A DNA stretch of 62,951 nucleotides, filler included, from Salisapilia sapeloensis CBS 127946 (taxonomy: Eukaryota; Protista; Oomycota), in assembly GCA_023334545.1 (NCBI GenBank). It is 9 parts of 9 records of this genome, joined end to end, with 100 filler letters (N's around TTAATTAATTAA, not from the genome) between each part and the next. Parts side by side here need not be neighbours in the genome. Positions count along the whole stretch, not along the records: positions 17,955 to 24,479 come from JAADVB010000556.1; positions 24,580 to 39,663 come from JAADVB010000375.1; 7 more parts are not named here. The stretch is one strand, 5' to 3'. Made by a program: the position numbers and the translations under genes. The notes below the pieces were generated by a model, which was not told the DNA's origin, ran no database searches, and worked only from the letters and a program-made list of their open reading frames with translations. Below, one piece after another: positions 24,067 through 37,293 of this stretch (position 1 is its first letter; every line of letters starts with the position of its first letter).

Positions 24067-24479
24067 CTATTCGTCCTTGGGGACGTAGCTCTGGAAGGCC
24101 TGGCTGAGGTCACGAATCAAATCCTTCACATCTTCAACACCAATCGAGAGGCGAACGAGATCCACTGGGAAGTCACGCGCCTTGCGAACTTCTTCCGGAA
24201 TGCTGGCATGAGACATCACACCTGGCAAACTGATCAATGAGTTAACGCTGCCGAAGCTCACTGTGATTTTGAATAGCTTCGTCTCACTGACGATGTGCTG
24301 AGCGAACTCGAGCGAGCCTGGACGGAAGGCGAGCACACTGCCAAAGCCACGAGACTGACGGTCGTGGATCTGACGGTTCTCGTCCGTCTCGGACAGCAGA
24401 CCGGTGTACATGACCTGCTGGATCGCAGGGTGGTCCCGAAGGAACTCGGCCACCTGCATGCAGTTCTGCTGCGCCTGGT
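24067..24479 (-). CDS. Cystathionine beta-lyase copy 2, C-terminal part, 5'-truncated by linker
   Basis: KLFKITVSFGSVNSLISLPGVMSHASIPEEVRKAR...DLVRLSIGVED. Confidence 0.82.
24339..24479 (-). repeat. 141-bp inverted repeat, copy B (partner 17955-18095)
   Basis: Exact reverse complement. Confidence 0.97.
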
Positions 24480-24579
24480 NNNNNNNNNNNNNNNNNNNNN
24501 NNNNNNNNNNNNNNNNNNNNNNNTTAATTAATTAANNNNNNNNNNNNNNNNNNNNNNNNNNNNNNNNNNNNNNNNNNNN
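24480..24579. other. Artificial contig linker
   Basis: N44-TTAATTAATTAA-N44. Confidence 0.99.
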
Positions 24580-24720
24580 GAAAGAGCACCATTCCTTCTC
24601 CACTAACACTGCAAATCCTCGTATCGTACGATAGTAAGGATCGAGCATCAACTGCGCCAAGGCTGTCAGCTGCGGCGTCCGATCCCATCCATCACTACAG
24701 TGCACGAGGACACTCGCACC
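24580..24720 (-). repeat. 141-bp inverted repeat, copy A (partner 39523-39663)
   Basis: Exact reverse complement; encodes GASVLVHCSDGWDRT...EKEWCSF (47 codons). Confidence 0.97.
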
Positions 24721-26460
24721 ATCTTCATGCAGCACTTCGGCAATATGCCTCGCTCCAGCGAGAATGCAGATGATATGCTTGAGCCAATTGGATGCATCCG
24801 GACTACCTTTAACATCACTATAACTCTCGTCGACAATGTTTGCTTTCAAAGTGTCGAAAGATTCTCGCATCTTATGGATGTTGGCGATATTCAGAAACGT
24901 GACACGAGCGTTGTCATAGTGCTGTGGGTTCTCGACGCCTTTACCTCGTAATCGGTTACCTCTCGTTGCAATCGGCTTCCTGGCGTCTACAATATGCAGC
25001 ACGGGAGCATGCTCACCGATGCGTGTTTCAGACGCCTCTCGATACGCCTGTAGAAGGCATCGATCTGCCTCGCATCGGTTACCAATGACTCCGTATTTTG
25101 GCTGACTGGACCTGACTAAGACGTTCTGGTGTGTCGGGTGTCTCCACACAGCGACTGGTAGTCTCGATCGTGATCGAAACTTGGCGGACTGGACGAACTC
25201 GTCTTCACTCAAGTGCGACGGCACGATGACGAACTCGGGGTAAGACGGGCAGAAGCGATACTTTCGATTCCGATACAAGCGCCAGTATCCTTGGTCGGAT
25301 GGAGAGACGAGTCTCCGAGAGCTATCGCTTGCTTCTGTCGAGGGAGGTAGGAAGCCTAGGCGTCTGTACTCGGATACGGGATGGAAGAGATGCCACCCGT
25401 TTTCATTTCGACCGTGCGGGTCTTCCCGTGCTTGCATCTTGGCAGCATGATGATCAAAGGCAAAGAGAGCATCAGGTGCCGTGGGTGGCATCATCCTGAG
25501 CGCTAAGAAGTTCACCCAACGCATATCTGGCGCAGTAGCGAACCGTCGACCGAGGACGTTGCCTTCACGATCACTGGAGAAAGCTTCATGCATCGCTAGA
25601 CGAAGCGTACGGATGGTTTTCGCTTCCACAACAACAACAAGACCTTCACGCTTGACACTGTCGATCGTCGCGATCGGGAGTTGGAAGGCACGATTTTCAT
25701 GGCTAGAATGTTGCGGTGTGAAAATGAGACGATAGTTGGTGATCCGAAGTGTCCCGTTGACACCAATGTCTCCGGTGGAAGCTCGGACGGTAATAGATAC
25801 TCGATGAATAAGCTGCGTTTCGTCCTCTCCTTCTAATAGCTCCACTTCTTTAATGGTTTCTCGTGAACTAGAAGGTGAGATACTCGAGCTTGAGGACGAG
25901 ACCAAGTCTGAGTTGGGTACGTCGGCGTCGGAAAACGTGGCCGAACGAATGCAACTACTGGTTAGCTTGTCTGACGTGATGGTCGCGTGCATGCTTTCTA
26001 AAGCAGCTAGAAACTTGGCTCGTTCTTCCGTGCTTTCGAATGAAATTTTCTCGCGCTTGCTCTCTTTATTTACACGAAGCTGGACACTAGACGTCGAATA
26101 CGGACGAGCGACTACTTGTTCACAAGGATAATGTCTACACGCTTTGGTCTTCGAGATGAGTGTAAGAAGTCTTGTCTGAGTGTCCAATTGCACACACATG
26201 TTGGATGTCTTCTTGGTCTCGAGTCGAAGAGATAGATGACTCTTTCTGGCATGGAACGTCACGACTTGCGAGGTATCGGCTGGTGCTGTGTTTGACAAGT
26301 ACGCGTCGTTCTTACTAGCTGCAATCTGACGTTGGCTGTAGCCGGCGAGTAGATCATGTAACTCAGCTGAACTCTGTAAAAGAGGCTGCGTACTATCACA
26401 GCTGCGGCGACGTCCTTGAAGTAGGTAAGAGGAGCTCATGGAGCGCATAGTGGCGCTCAT
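24580..26460 (-). CDS. Myotubularin-family phosphoinositide 3-phosphatase A, 3'-truncated by linker
   Basis: GRAM-like GTLRITNYRLIF, RSRSRLP, IVDAR, active site VLVHCSDGWDRT and LVEKEWCSF. Confidence 0.95.
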
Positions 26461-26748
26461 GGGAAGCGCAGTGTGGTGAAGTAGACTTTTGGCAAAGTGC
26501 CTCCTGGAACGTTACCAGTCGCGAATATCGAAAGCTACGATGGTACGAAGAAAGAGAGAGAATATGGAAGGCGGAAGAGAAGGTGGTAGTAGAATAGGAG
26601 CTAAGGTCGGATAGAAAGTTAGTCGGACTGAAAGTTACACTTTTGAATCCTCCTTTCTTCCGCAAATCGACGATTTGACGCAAGTAGCCGCGACTGTCGC
26701 TGCTGAAAGCTTAGTCTCGGTTTACCTCAGGAAGTAATTGGAGTGTAA

Positions 26749-27790
26749 CTACGGGCTTTGTGGAGATGAGTTCTCGACATCAGTCGAGTATCGCAAAAAT
26801 TGGTGTAACTGATCATCTTTTATGATATAGCCTTCATCTCTTCTATCCACCGACACGTATGGTGGAACAAAAGAAGATTTAGAAGCGAAGAGAGAGTCCA
26901 ACAGTATCTGTGATAGTGCTAGCAAAAGTGCATGCTGTGAAGGTGGAACGAAGGGTCTGACGATACAAATCGTATCTAGATACAAGATACTTTATCATCG
27001 ATTGGTCTCATGACTGTATCAACATGAAAGTGGTAGGCAGATAGACGAATGAAGAATAGACAAATGGGCATTTGGACTTGTCAATGCTACTAATGATCGA
27101 GTATCGTTCGCGGATTGATTCGTATTATGTGTGGTATCCCACCACCCATAAAGATAAAAATCAATTCACGTCCGAGACTGAACGTCTCAAAAGCTATAGC
27201 TATACTGACACTCGATACTCTTTCTCAACGTACAAGAGACACTTTTCCAACAGCAGGATACAAGATCGAAATATATGGAAATTACGAGCAAAAGTATACA
27301 TCAGAATGATACGTCGTTGTAAAAGATAAAGGCATGGACGAAGACGGTATCAACAAGCATATATCAGGATACCCAAAGGGTCATTCAAGCTTTCCATACC
27401 ACACAGGCTATTTTGGTGGTAAGAGGATTGAGATCGCGATGCAAGGTTCAAGTGAGGATCTACTTGGAATAGAAAGATTGGCATTGGAAATCTCTCTCGC
27501 ATTCACAAGCTGTGGGATTGAATCGAAAGAGTGCTTTATCGCCTCTCGCGCGATAAAGGTTCGTGGTCTCAGTTTTGCCCATCTCAATCACATGATACCA
27601 ATAGCTGTAGATGGCAGAGCATTCGATAGAAAAGGTACGAGTGCCTTCAAACTCACTGATCAAGTATGGTAACCTAGATAACAAATCGCACACTCATCGC
27701 GAGCGCATCCAAAGCAATGCCAACACCAGTATTAAGCAATTCTCGCGAAAACTCTCTTCCGCCACTGCAACCAAAGGCAGAGCTTTATTG
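26749..27790 (-). CDS. Possible multi-exon hypothetical gene
   Basis: Short minus-strand ORFs (27460-27693, 26749-26985) with intron-like spacers. No family, and the strand is uncertain. Confidence 0.2.
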
Positions 27791-27851
27791 GATTCGTTCA
27801 AGGCCGTGGTTTCTACCGTAAAAAAGTATTCGTCCTACCCTTTTATTCGTC

Positions 27852-30800
27852 TCATTGCGCCGTCAAAAAGCTGCGTATGGTCGTTCGGAACTGGCCCAAT
27901 CTCTGTGTAAACTTGTCTCGGTTCGCCGCCTCGAGCGTCGGCATGACATCGCTGAAAAGTAATTTAAACGCATCATCAATCTTCTGCTGATTTTCGCCTG
28001 ATTGAGATGCTTTCAACGACTGCTGGTACGAGTTGAGTGCTTCTTCACTGCACAACGTCAAGCTCAAGATCGGTCTCGACAGCGCCCACTGCGACGTCGC
28101 TTCGCCATAGATGAGAACGTCCAAGAGTGCCGACAAAAGCATAGACCACATGTTTGGGTTCGCCTGGACGTGTGCCATCAGCGCCAGTTTCACCGGCGTG
28201 TCTCTCTTCTTCTTCATCTCATGATAGTACAACGCCGCTAAATGGTCCACGGCCGTGGCACATTGTGCTGCGATGCTTAAATCATGAGAGTTAATGCCTT
28301 CATGCAACGACTGGACGAGTTGCGTGAAGATCGCGTCGTCTAGCGCGACGACAGACGCAATTTGATTGCGGAAGAGGATCTCGAGGAAAAAGTAATACGC
28401 GTTCTTGACCTTCGGGTACGTCATCAAGTCATCGTGCGGGATGTTCAGCACGAGTTGGAACGCGACTTCCAACGCTGCATCAAGTGACTCGTCATTATAC
28501 AGCTTGAAGACACCAAAGTTCACGTAGTTGCCACCAATCGCTCGGTACAAAATGCCAAGACACAAGGAGATACCCTTGTACTTTTCTCCATACGGATTCT
28601 TACCCACCTGCACTTGCTGCAGGCGTCGACCGTATGCGACGACGACACGACTGAGTTCTCGAAAGAGCAGGATGCCGTTCGCTGAGCTCTGGTCGAACAT
28701 GACGCGCTGCGCTTTATTGTACGCGAGCTCCTGGAGGAACTTGAGAAGCGCAGTCATGGCTGCAGGACTATCATACAGCTGCTCTGCTGCTCTTACAAAG
28801 ACAGGAAAGTAGGTCGGATAGAGAAAGTCAAAGATGCAGCTAAACGTCCGACGGTTGTGCGTCTGTTGGACGACGCCTCGCAAGTCTCGGCAGACGCCAA
28901 TGACCGCGTCTTTCACCTCTGGCAGTCGGAAGTTCATCGTATTCATGAGCTTGTTCAAGACGTCTTCAAAGGGAGCCATGAACCGTTCAAAGCGTTCACT
29001 CGACTCGTCGAAGGCTGTCGTGAACAAGAGACGAGCAATCGTCATGTGGAACGTCGTACGGTGTCTTGTATTCACCGCAAGCGCCAGGAATGGGAATTCG
29101 TCTTCCGTGTGGTGTCCCAAGAGGTATTGTACGGTCTCCAAGCCAAGCAGTAGCTTGCCTGTGGAGTATCCAGACGCAACTTCAAAGAAGAGGTTGAGCG
29201 TCCGTTGGACAACGGCCTCTTCTTCTCCCCAAAACTTGAGGTTATTCCCGATCTTGGTCACAATCATATTCACGACGTAGATGTGATCACCCAGACCCAT
29301 GCGATCGAACATGCGTTGATACGCCCTCGCTTTCCCCGACAACTGCTGGTCGCTCGGCGCAAGACTCGGTGATCCGGACTGCAATGCAGCGGATGGAGGC
29401 GGCGCTGACGGCATGCCGTGCTGCTCACCAATGTAACTCTTACGGAAACTGCTAAAGTAGTATAATAAGGCAACTTCAAAGTGGACACTTGGCTTTTGCG
29501 ATCCGCCCGTCGTGATTAATCGATGCTCCGTCAGTTGCATCGCTCGAAAGACGCGCTGGGATAAGTCTGCGTCGACTAGTTCATCGCCTTCTTGCGCCGT
29601 GTTCGAGTACGTCTGTCCGCCGATGACAGCACCAACGAAGTAGCAGAGCCACGCGAGCTGCATCTCCATGCTTTCAAACTGTTCCGGTGACGCGATGCCG
29701 TCCCGTCCGCTCTGTTCAATCTGACTCCATGCCTCGGCATACCTGTTCAAGATTGGATCCATGACACTGATAAAGTAGTCTGCAGTCGATCGGTAGTTGA
29801 AGTGGCAGAGCGTCGGCAGTTTCTCCAGCTGCTCATACAACGTTCCTTCCTCGTCTAGAGGGTTATCCAGCGCTCCGTCGTTTGCACATTGGTCGGCAGA
29901 GTCCAGTCGAGACTGGACGTATGCCTGGAGGATGTGCGGAACACTCGTATCCAGGAAGGAAGTCGAAACGGGAGAGCTCGATAGTGTGTCCATGCGAACG
30001 TACGGCAAGGCAGCGACGAGTCGAGCCCATAGCGCGAGCAAGTAGTGGGCCGAATTGGCCGACCATTGCCACTGTCGGAAGGATTTGACGGTAAAGTCCG
30101 GCACGAGGTCCATCCAGTCTCGAAAGCTCTCGGCTTTCATCAGCTCTGACAGCTGAAAGTTCGATTTGAGTCTTCCTAAGAGCCGACAGAACTCGTGATA
30201 GTTCTGCTGGTCGCTGAGACCTTGCTGACTGCGTAGGATTTCACATGAACCGTCTAAGAGTCGAGCCAAGTAGGCTGCACGTTCCTTGTCAGGAGAAAAG
30301 AGGTTTCGACGCACGGATGCCATGAGCATGAGAGCCTCTAGACACCGACTGGCGGTCGGTGGCGAGTGGCTCTTGTAGTAGTCGAATAGTAGCTGCATGG
30401 TCTGCGCGTCCTGGATGACGTTCCGCCAGGACGTAGGCACTTGCAAAGACCCCATTTCCTCTGAGCTTTCGTCTGGATTTGTCCCGATGAAGTCAAACGA
30501 GAGGCACTTGATCAGTAGACCGAGCGCTTGGTCGCCCATGCGATCTTCCTGTTCGGCCGTGGCACCTGTGACGCTATGCATGTGCAGCTGACGGAGGGTG
30601 GAGAGGGATAGCTGGAAGATGCGGAAGAGCGCTTCTTCTCGGAACGAGACGGCAATCTTCCGATGGAAGGTGATATTACGGCCGGCAACGGGCAAATTCA
30701 TTTCGGTTACAAGTTCATGGAGGATCTGGAGGCCAATGATACAATGATCGACCGTCGCTTGCAAGAACTTTGTGACTTCATTCACGATTTCTCGATGCTG

Positions 30801-31238
30801 TTCATCGTCGAACCAACCGTACTTTGTTAATCGACAGACCATTTGGATCAATGCAGTCGTCACGAACTTTTCTAGATTCGGACCTTTTTGAGCCAAATAC
30901 CCCAAGACGTAGTTACCTAGTAGATAAGCAAATGCATGTTAGTGATGCTATAGATTTATGGATGGTACGATGCTAAAAGGCGTACGGATGTCGATACGCT
31001 GTGGAGGCGTAAAGTTGTTCCAGTGGGTTGTGATGAGTTTCGTGAGACTAGTGCTAGCAACGAGTAGAGCATAGGGCGAAGAGGAGTTGTCGAGGACATA
31101 TTGGCATTGCGGAATGTACTCTGCAGAGCTCTGTAGGATCAGCACAGACTGCTGCGCACGCGCTCGTTCGGCTTCATTCGTGCATGTATACAGCGCTTCA
31201 CATAGCTGTTCCAAGTTGCGAAACTCTGTCGTGTCCAT
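27852..31238 (-). CDS. XPO7: Exportin-7/RanBP16, 2 exons
   Basis: LEQLCEALY...AQQ N-terminus. Intron 30917-30985 joins to RNYVLGYL...RLTKYGWFD. HEFCRLLGRLKSNFQLSEL, KYKGI...GNYVNFGVFKLY and NRDKFTQRL motifs. Confidence 0.96.
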
Positions 31239-31832
31239 CCTGTCGTCTTTCTACGATATCCAGACAAAAATGATCTCGTGAGCGTGTGGATGCTAACAAC
31301 ACGTTTTTCTGGCAGTTCGTTTCAAAAGCAAGTGACAATGCGAATCGATCTACGAGATGCCACTTGTCTACGCGAACGTCTTGATGATTAGATTATTGGA
31401 GGTAAAGAGGAATCGTATTGACTGCCAAGGAAGGGAGCGATGGAAGAGCAGATTCGACCACCAAACGCACAAGCTCGTTTTGTTTCGCTCGCTTCTTTGG
31501 TTTCAAATATGCGTAAATTTAGGTACAGACTAATTATACTATGCTAAAGAGGATAGGTCGGCGTAGGTTTAGATGCGGAACCTCCGTCTGACGTGGTGCG
31601 TTCCAGTAGTTAGGACACATCGAGCTCGTATACTTCGATGTATAAGAGTCTGGATTGACTTAGATGCTAGCTGTATGCTTTCCTCATCGAGAGTGGCGTT
31701 GTTGTAGGATAGTACGAGTGACGAGCAGTCGGTCATGATACGAAGGGGCGTGTATACAAAAGCGTAGTGTAAGGATGCTGGGAAGAGTAGGAGCTATATT
31801 GACGGAAATGGAAGCTAGCTACGACATGTGGA

Positions 31833-32476
31833 TTATGCGCCGCTGTTGTCGGGATTCGTGCGTTCTTGCTCTTCCATCCAGCGATAGGACGGGAGACGGT
31901 TGTCATCTTCGTCGAATTGACAGTCGCGATTGAGGCAGACCCAGATGAGACGCAATGTCGATTGCTTGACACCATCGTGCGAGCGGATAAAGGCTGCGCC
32001 TTGGTGGTCGCACATAGGGCATTGGACATCCATGTCACGTTGGAGCGTCGGGTCATCGATCACATCTGCTGGAATGACATCCAACTGCACTCTAAAAAGA
32101 CATAAGTGCGATGCAAAGAGGATGCTATCAAGCGGTGTACCTCGTGTCCTTGACTAATTCATTGACATAAATACAGTTCTCATCGACTTCCTCTGCCTGT
32201 CCACAGTTTCGGCAGCGAAACATGAGTCTCCTAGCTTCACGGTCTTGACTCGGATACAGCATGTTATTGCTATCATGAAAAAAATAACAAGGTCAGTCGA
32301 TTGTTTGGCTATGCACTGCACATCCATTGCTCTCCCATTTCTTTACGTCTTTACATCAGACAATAAAAATGGTATCATTAAACACAGCGGTCTCTTCCGA
32401 CTATTTTACAGGAGTTAATATCCATATCAATCACGTACCACTCGCGGCAAAAGCGCATTCCTGCCGTCGACGACAT
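31833..32476 (-). CDS. RPB9: RNA polymerase II subunit RPB9, 3 exons
   Basis: Spliced product MSSTAGMRFCRECNNMLYP...FRCRNC...DPTLQR...CPMC...LIWVCLNRDC has two Zn ribbons. Intron 1 is 32270-32438. Confidence 0.92.
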
Positions 32477-32685
32477 CCTGTCGTGCGTTCTATCGATATG
32501 TGCTCCTAGCTGTCCTCAGCAGCATACAAACATCAAGTCTATTTAATTCGCATTTAATTGAAATCGGTAACCATACCGAAAGCAAGTTCTTTATATCGCA
32601 CTTGATCGCACCAAACGACATCCGTCCTTCTACCGATCGAACGGATTAGCGCCGCCATCGACCTCTTGGCAAGTGTCCTCTAGAT

Positions 32686-34416
32686 ATGGAGCAATTTCGG
32701 ATGTTAGAAAAAGGCGACTTCGACACGTCAAACGGCCGTGAAAGCCGTAATATTGGTTCCCAATTCAGTACGAACGAGAACTCGCCATTACTGCCAGAAG
32801 GTCGAATCGCTCTCAACTATAACTCCGACTCGGCCATGTATGACCAGGAAAGCCCAAGATCACGTCGAGGATATTATGCCACTGGCCAGTATTATGGTGA
32901 AGGTTCCAGTGGAGATGAAAGTGATGACATGCAGGATCTACTGCCAATGACGTACTCTCAGCCGACCATCAGTGGCCGTGCGAGTGGCAAGACCGGTGCG
33001 TCGAAGGATTCATGGAAATCGAAGAATAAGCGAGACGTATCCATTTATTAACAAACTTGCTTTGCATAGACTTATCTATAAAGTAGAATTCGACGCCATC
33101 GAAGCAGCAGATTGTCAATCGATTCACAAGGCGATCACGTATGCGTACAATCAAGAAACGATTCCGAGTACGTCCTATAACTTGTTATCCTAGTATTCCA
33201 TCTAAGATACTTATATATGTATAAAAGGAACCGCCAAGCTTTCAGAAACTTCGCGTGTCAGCGTACTGTATCTCGGATCAATTGCAGCTCTTCAAACTCC
33301 TCAAATGGCTTAATCGAGTCGATTCGGGTCAATTGCCTGGAGGTGAACTCAATCCGAACGGGTGGACGCACAAGATGTACATGGGTGCCATCCATTCGAC
33401 TTGTGTCCCAGCAAGTGAGCATAGCTACAGGTACTTTTATGCCCGCACGACTGTTTCGAAAAAGTACTGAGAGATAGTAGTGACGGGAACATGATCCCGA
33501 TCGAGTACAAGCAAAAGGACGTCTTCTACTTTGCGTATGTTTTCGATACATTACGAAACGACACGACGAAGAGGAATTAAAGTGATGTATAGGACGGGAT
33601 GCATTGTCTTTTGGGGCTTGACCAGAACGGAGGAGCAGGCTCACGTGACTGCGTTAGAAACCTTTGTCATTGGGCGTGTGAAGCAAATGGAAGTGGAGGA
33701 CATGGACTATGTCTATGGGGAAGCGAGCAAGTAAATGCTGTCTGTAGTGTGCCTTATATTTCGTATTGACGTGGAAATAGAGTGGTGAATGATGCGATCA
33801 CGCTGAGTAGTACGCGTGCATCGGAGAAGCTAGCTATTGCGTTCGCGATGGCTCAGTCGTCCAAATTGGACGTGTTTGAAGAGCGTGTGGAAGAAACGAT
33901 TCGTGAGACTAAGCACATTCCACAGAATCTCGCGAGCACTGGATCGATTCAGTACAGTCAAGGCGACATTTCGAAGCTCATCGGTCGTCTCTTTATTGAA
34001 GTATATCTTGAGTAAAATCGTCTAGAAAGCATATACTCATGTATGACTAGCGTACGGATGTGAATTTGAACTCAGATATGTTGGATGAGCCGGATTTCTT
34101 CTGGGAAGATGACGAGTACGAGCCTTTGTATCGTAAGATGATGAAGTATTTGGATGTGGACAATCGTGTCCAGATTCTTAACACTCGTCTCGATATTCTT
34201 CGCGAATTGTACGTTGGTTTATATCTAGTAGAAGCAAAGAGAGTACTGATGGAATGTAGGTTGGATGTGCTGAGTCAACAATTGGCGCATCAACATGACA
34301 CCAAGCTCGAGTGGATTGTCATTTGGTTGATCGTGGCCGAAGTCGCGGTCCAAGTCGTGTGGAATATACTGATCAAAGACATCCTTGGCTTCTTCCCACA
34401 TTCGTACACGGACTAG
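32686..34416 (+). CDS. RMD1: RMD1/DUF155 family protein, multi-exon
   Basis: RVSAYC, GCIVFWG, EKLAIAFAMAQSSKLDVFE, NLNSDMLDEPDFFWE, YLDVDNRVQILNTRLD and KLEWIVIWLI. Confidence 0.9.
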
Positions 34417-34448
34417 AAGATTGCAAAAAGATAATCCATTTGTCATTG

Positions 34449-35688
34449 CTACCTTTCATTTCGTCTCGATCTCGACTTGTTCGTCCGGTGGATGCGCATG
34501 CTAGCTGTAGCTCTTCGCACTTGTCGCTGCATACGATGTGATCCGACTGCACTGTGCTTGTTGGCATCTTGAACTGGTCGATGCACTTTTCGACAGACGT
34601 ATCCACGCGCGATCTGTTGGATTTGAACAGCAGCGTCATGACGCTGTCGTTCAGCTTTCTCTAGCTCCTCTCTCTCGATTTGTGCTTGACGCAGCTTGCG
34701 ACGATAATGCAGCTCTCGTTTTGCTCGCATCCGGAGAATGTACTTCTTGCCTACTTGCTGCAAGATGTGAGCGGTTTGAACGAGACGTTCCATCTAGACT
34801 AAAGTTAGTTGGGTAAGACCGACATATATGCTTCTATAAGCTACCTTTTTGTGCTCTAGCACAGCTTTGGCACGAACGACTTGCAAGTGACGACGTGCCG
34901 TGTACTGGATTCGAATGGCTGCATCGGTTTCCAAGACGTAGCGTTCATGTCGAAGGCGCTGTCGTGTTTTACGACCTCGAACGAGCGCTTGGATTGCGGA
35001 GGCGGATTGATGGCGCTTCTTCATAACCATTCGACGCTGATCTCTTGCTTCACGCCGTAGTAACTTTTCTGCATCAGCTCGCTATGCACGACAGTAGCAA
35101 TGAGTAAAGAGGATGTGAATCAATAAATGCAGTAATCTACCTTTTGTAGCTCATTACATCGAATGCGCATTTGCTCTGTTCGCAGCTCTACTTTTCGCTG
35201 CCAGCTCTCTGCTCGTTGCTTACTAGTTTCGATTCATACGATCGTCAGCATTTGCACAGGAACATAAGATGTCACGGTAATGCTATTATACCTCTTGTCG
35301 ATGGAAGTGAGACTGGTATCCTCGTACATGCCCGTGATAAAGTCTTTTGTGAAGCCACTCGGTCGAGCATGTTTGGGACAGCTCAATGCTACATCTCTAA
35401 TGTCTAAGTAGCGTCCATATTCGAACCTGTACATGCAAAGGATTGTCAATTAGGATGTTATGATGACAAAAGATGATGATCCACTTGCCCAGTTGTGGTC
35501 CGGTAGAACGGATTTCCAGGTTTCCGAAGCATTTCTATCTTGGAGAGAGAATGTGGAGCTCTCGGTGCATGACCATTTTCCGGTAACGATAGTCGTGGGA
35601 GATGTATTTGCTGCGACGATGGTTTGTGCGCAGCCCGTGTCTGTGCCGGTGTCGGCGATGACAGCCCATAGCTATTTAACGACAACAT
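34449..35688 (-). CDS. IQ-motif protein, multi-exon
   Basis: IQ motifs ASAIQALVRGRKTR, AIRIQYTARRH and AVQIQQIARGYVCR in collinear ORFs. The ends are uncertain. Confidence 0.55.
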
Positions 35689-35962
35689 GGTAACGAGCTC
35701 AATATCAAAAGTGTAAATCCCTTGTCATGCAAGTGACCTATGATTTCGTTCTTATCCTACTTGTGCCTCTAGCTCTGGTACTGCCCTCTACGGTCTACCT
35801 CGTACGATCAACTAAAAATACTTTGTGCCGGGTCTGATTTTGTACCTGATCTACAAAATTGGCACCACATCCACCTTCAAAATCACATCAGGTTGAAGTT
35901 TGTCTTAGAAAATTGCGTTCATTGACCTCGTCGCTGCGATCGAAAGCAGAACCACGAATGAT

Positions 35963-37066
35963 ATGCGCCGCCAAAGACTTGGGCGATCTTTACTAGATAT
36001 ATGGCGTGCTTCCAGACGCCCACACATGTGTATAAGGAGCCATAGTACCCAGAAAGTGTGTGATGAGATGCATTCGATTTGGAAAGAACGTATGACACCA
36101 GAAACTGCGCAAGAACTCATGACGAATGGGTATGCTGTACTACATAATGTTTTTCCAGGCAAATACACACAGCAATTGCGTCAGGAGATCGACGCATTGA
36201 ATCAAGAGGACCAAATGTACTTGAATTCGACGCACATTGTTACTCCTTCTTCCAGTAACACCATGGAGACGACGTTATTGGAGAAAGAACATATCTACGA
36301 AGCTGAATTAGGGATGGAAGATGTGCGGAAGCGAGTGCCATTGCTCGGCCAGTTCTTTGAAAACCAGTTAATGGCAACGCCATTAGAAGAGCAATTACCA
36401 TCATGGCTTCAGCTGCATGGGAGTAGTGTCAAACTCCAGTATAATGAAGGCAATGGCGGTTGCTTCCCCATGCACTTTGATTCGTATGGGGACGGCAGTG
36501 ATACAAAATGCGTGACAGCGATTCTGTATCTCACAGACAATTGGACGGATGGGGATGGCGGTGAGCTCGTGCTCTATCCCTTCCCAAAAGACGAAAAGGT
36601 ACTTGTCGCACCAAAGGCAGGTACCGTTGCCCTGTTTTCGTCACAGCAAATGCTCCACCGTGTTCTTCCCTCCCACAAGCCGCGGTATGCCTTAACGACG
36701 TGGATGTACAATACGCCGACAAGTGATATGCAGCAACATCGCATACGGTACTATCAAGCTCGGCCAGCTCATTCAGGCTCAAGCTTGGATCAGATGATGG
36801 CAAAGATCGTACACTCATCGTTCCGGAGACATTTGGCAAAACTCGTCTACAAGGATGAATGGAAACTCTCTTTACAAGAATCCCATCGACTAAACGCGGC
36901 CTTTGACGACTACTTGGCACGTCACGCGCGTGAGATGGGTACGATCGAAGCCGCAACGCACCAGATGCTCTCGACCTTTGTCGAAAAGGACTCGAATCTC
37001 CCGTCTACGCCGTCGGACCTCGTGACAGCTCTTCACGCCTCGCAGGCGTCCGTGCGCTGGTTTTAA
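35963..37066 (+). CDS. 2OG-Fe(II) dioxygenase (prolyl-hydroxylase-like)
   Basis: FPMHFD (HxD), TAILYL, WTDGDGGELVLY, LHRVLPS and RYALTTW. The true start may be a downstream ATG. Confidence 0.88.
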   Translation: MRRQRLGRSLLDIWRASRRPHMCIRSHSTQKVCDEMHSIWKERMTPETAQELMTNGYAVLHNVFPGKYTQQLRQEIDALNQEDQMYLNSTHIVTPSSSNTMETTLLEKEHIYEAELGMEDVRKRVPLLGQFFENQLMATPLEEQLPSWLQLHGSSVKLQYNEGNGGCFPMHFDSYGDGSDTKCVTAILYLTDNWTDGDGGELVLYPFPKDEKVLVAPKAGTVALFSSQQMLHRVLPSHKPRYALTTWMYNTPTSDMQQHRIRYYQARPAHSGSSLDQMMAKIVHSSFRRHLAKLVYKDEWKLSLQESHRLNAAFDDYLARHAREMGTIEAATHQMLSTFVEKDSNLPSTPSDLVTALHASQASVRWF

Positions 37067-37293
37067 AACAATTAACGGCTAGAGTGGCTGCCGAAAATGT
37101 CTTTGACGTTGTGTCGTACCGTTGTGTGTCCTCTCTTGTTGTTTGTATAGTCGGCAGCTGCCCGAGACATAGGCGAGCCAGTACTCGGACTTGGCAGACC
37201 GAAAAAACTGGCTTCGACTGGGAGCCGCAAACTCGTTCGAGCACCCGCTTTCGTTCCTTGTACGAAACACAGGTAGGTACGTGTGACAGATAG

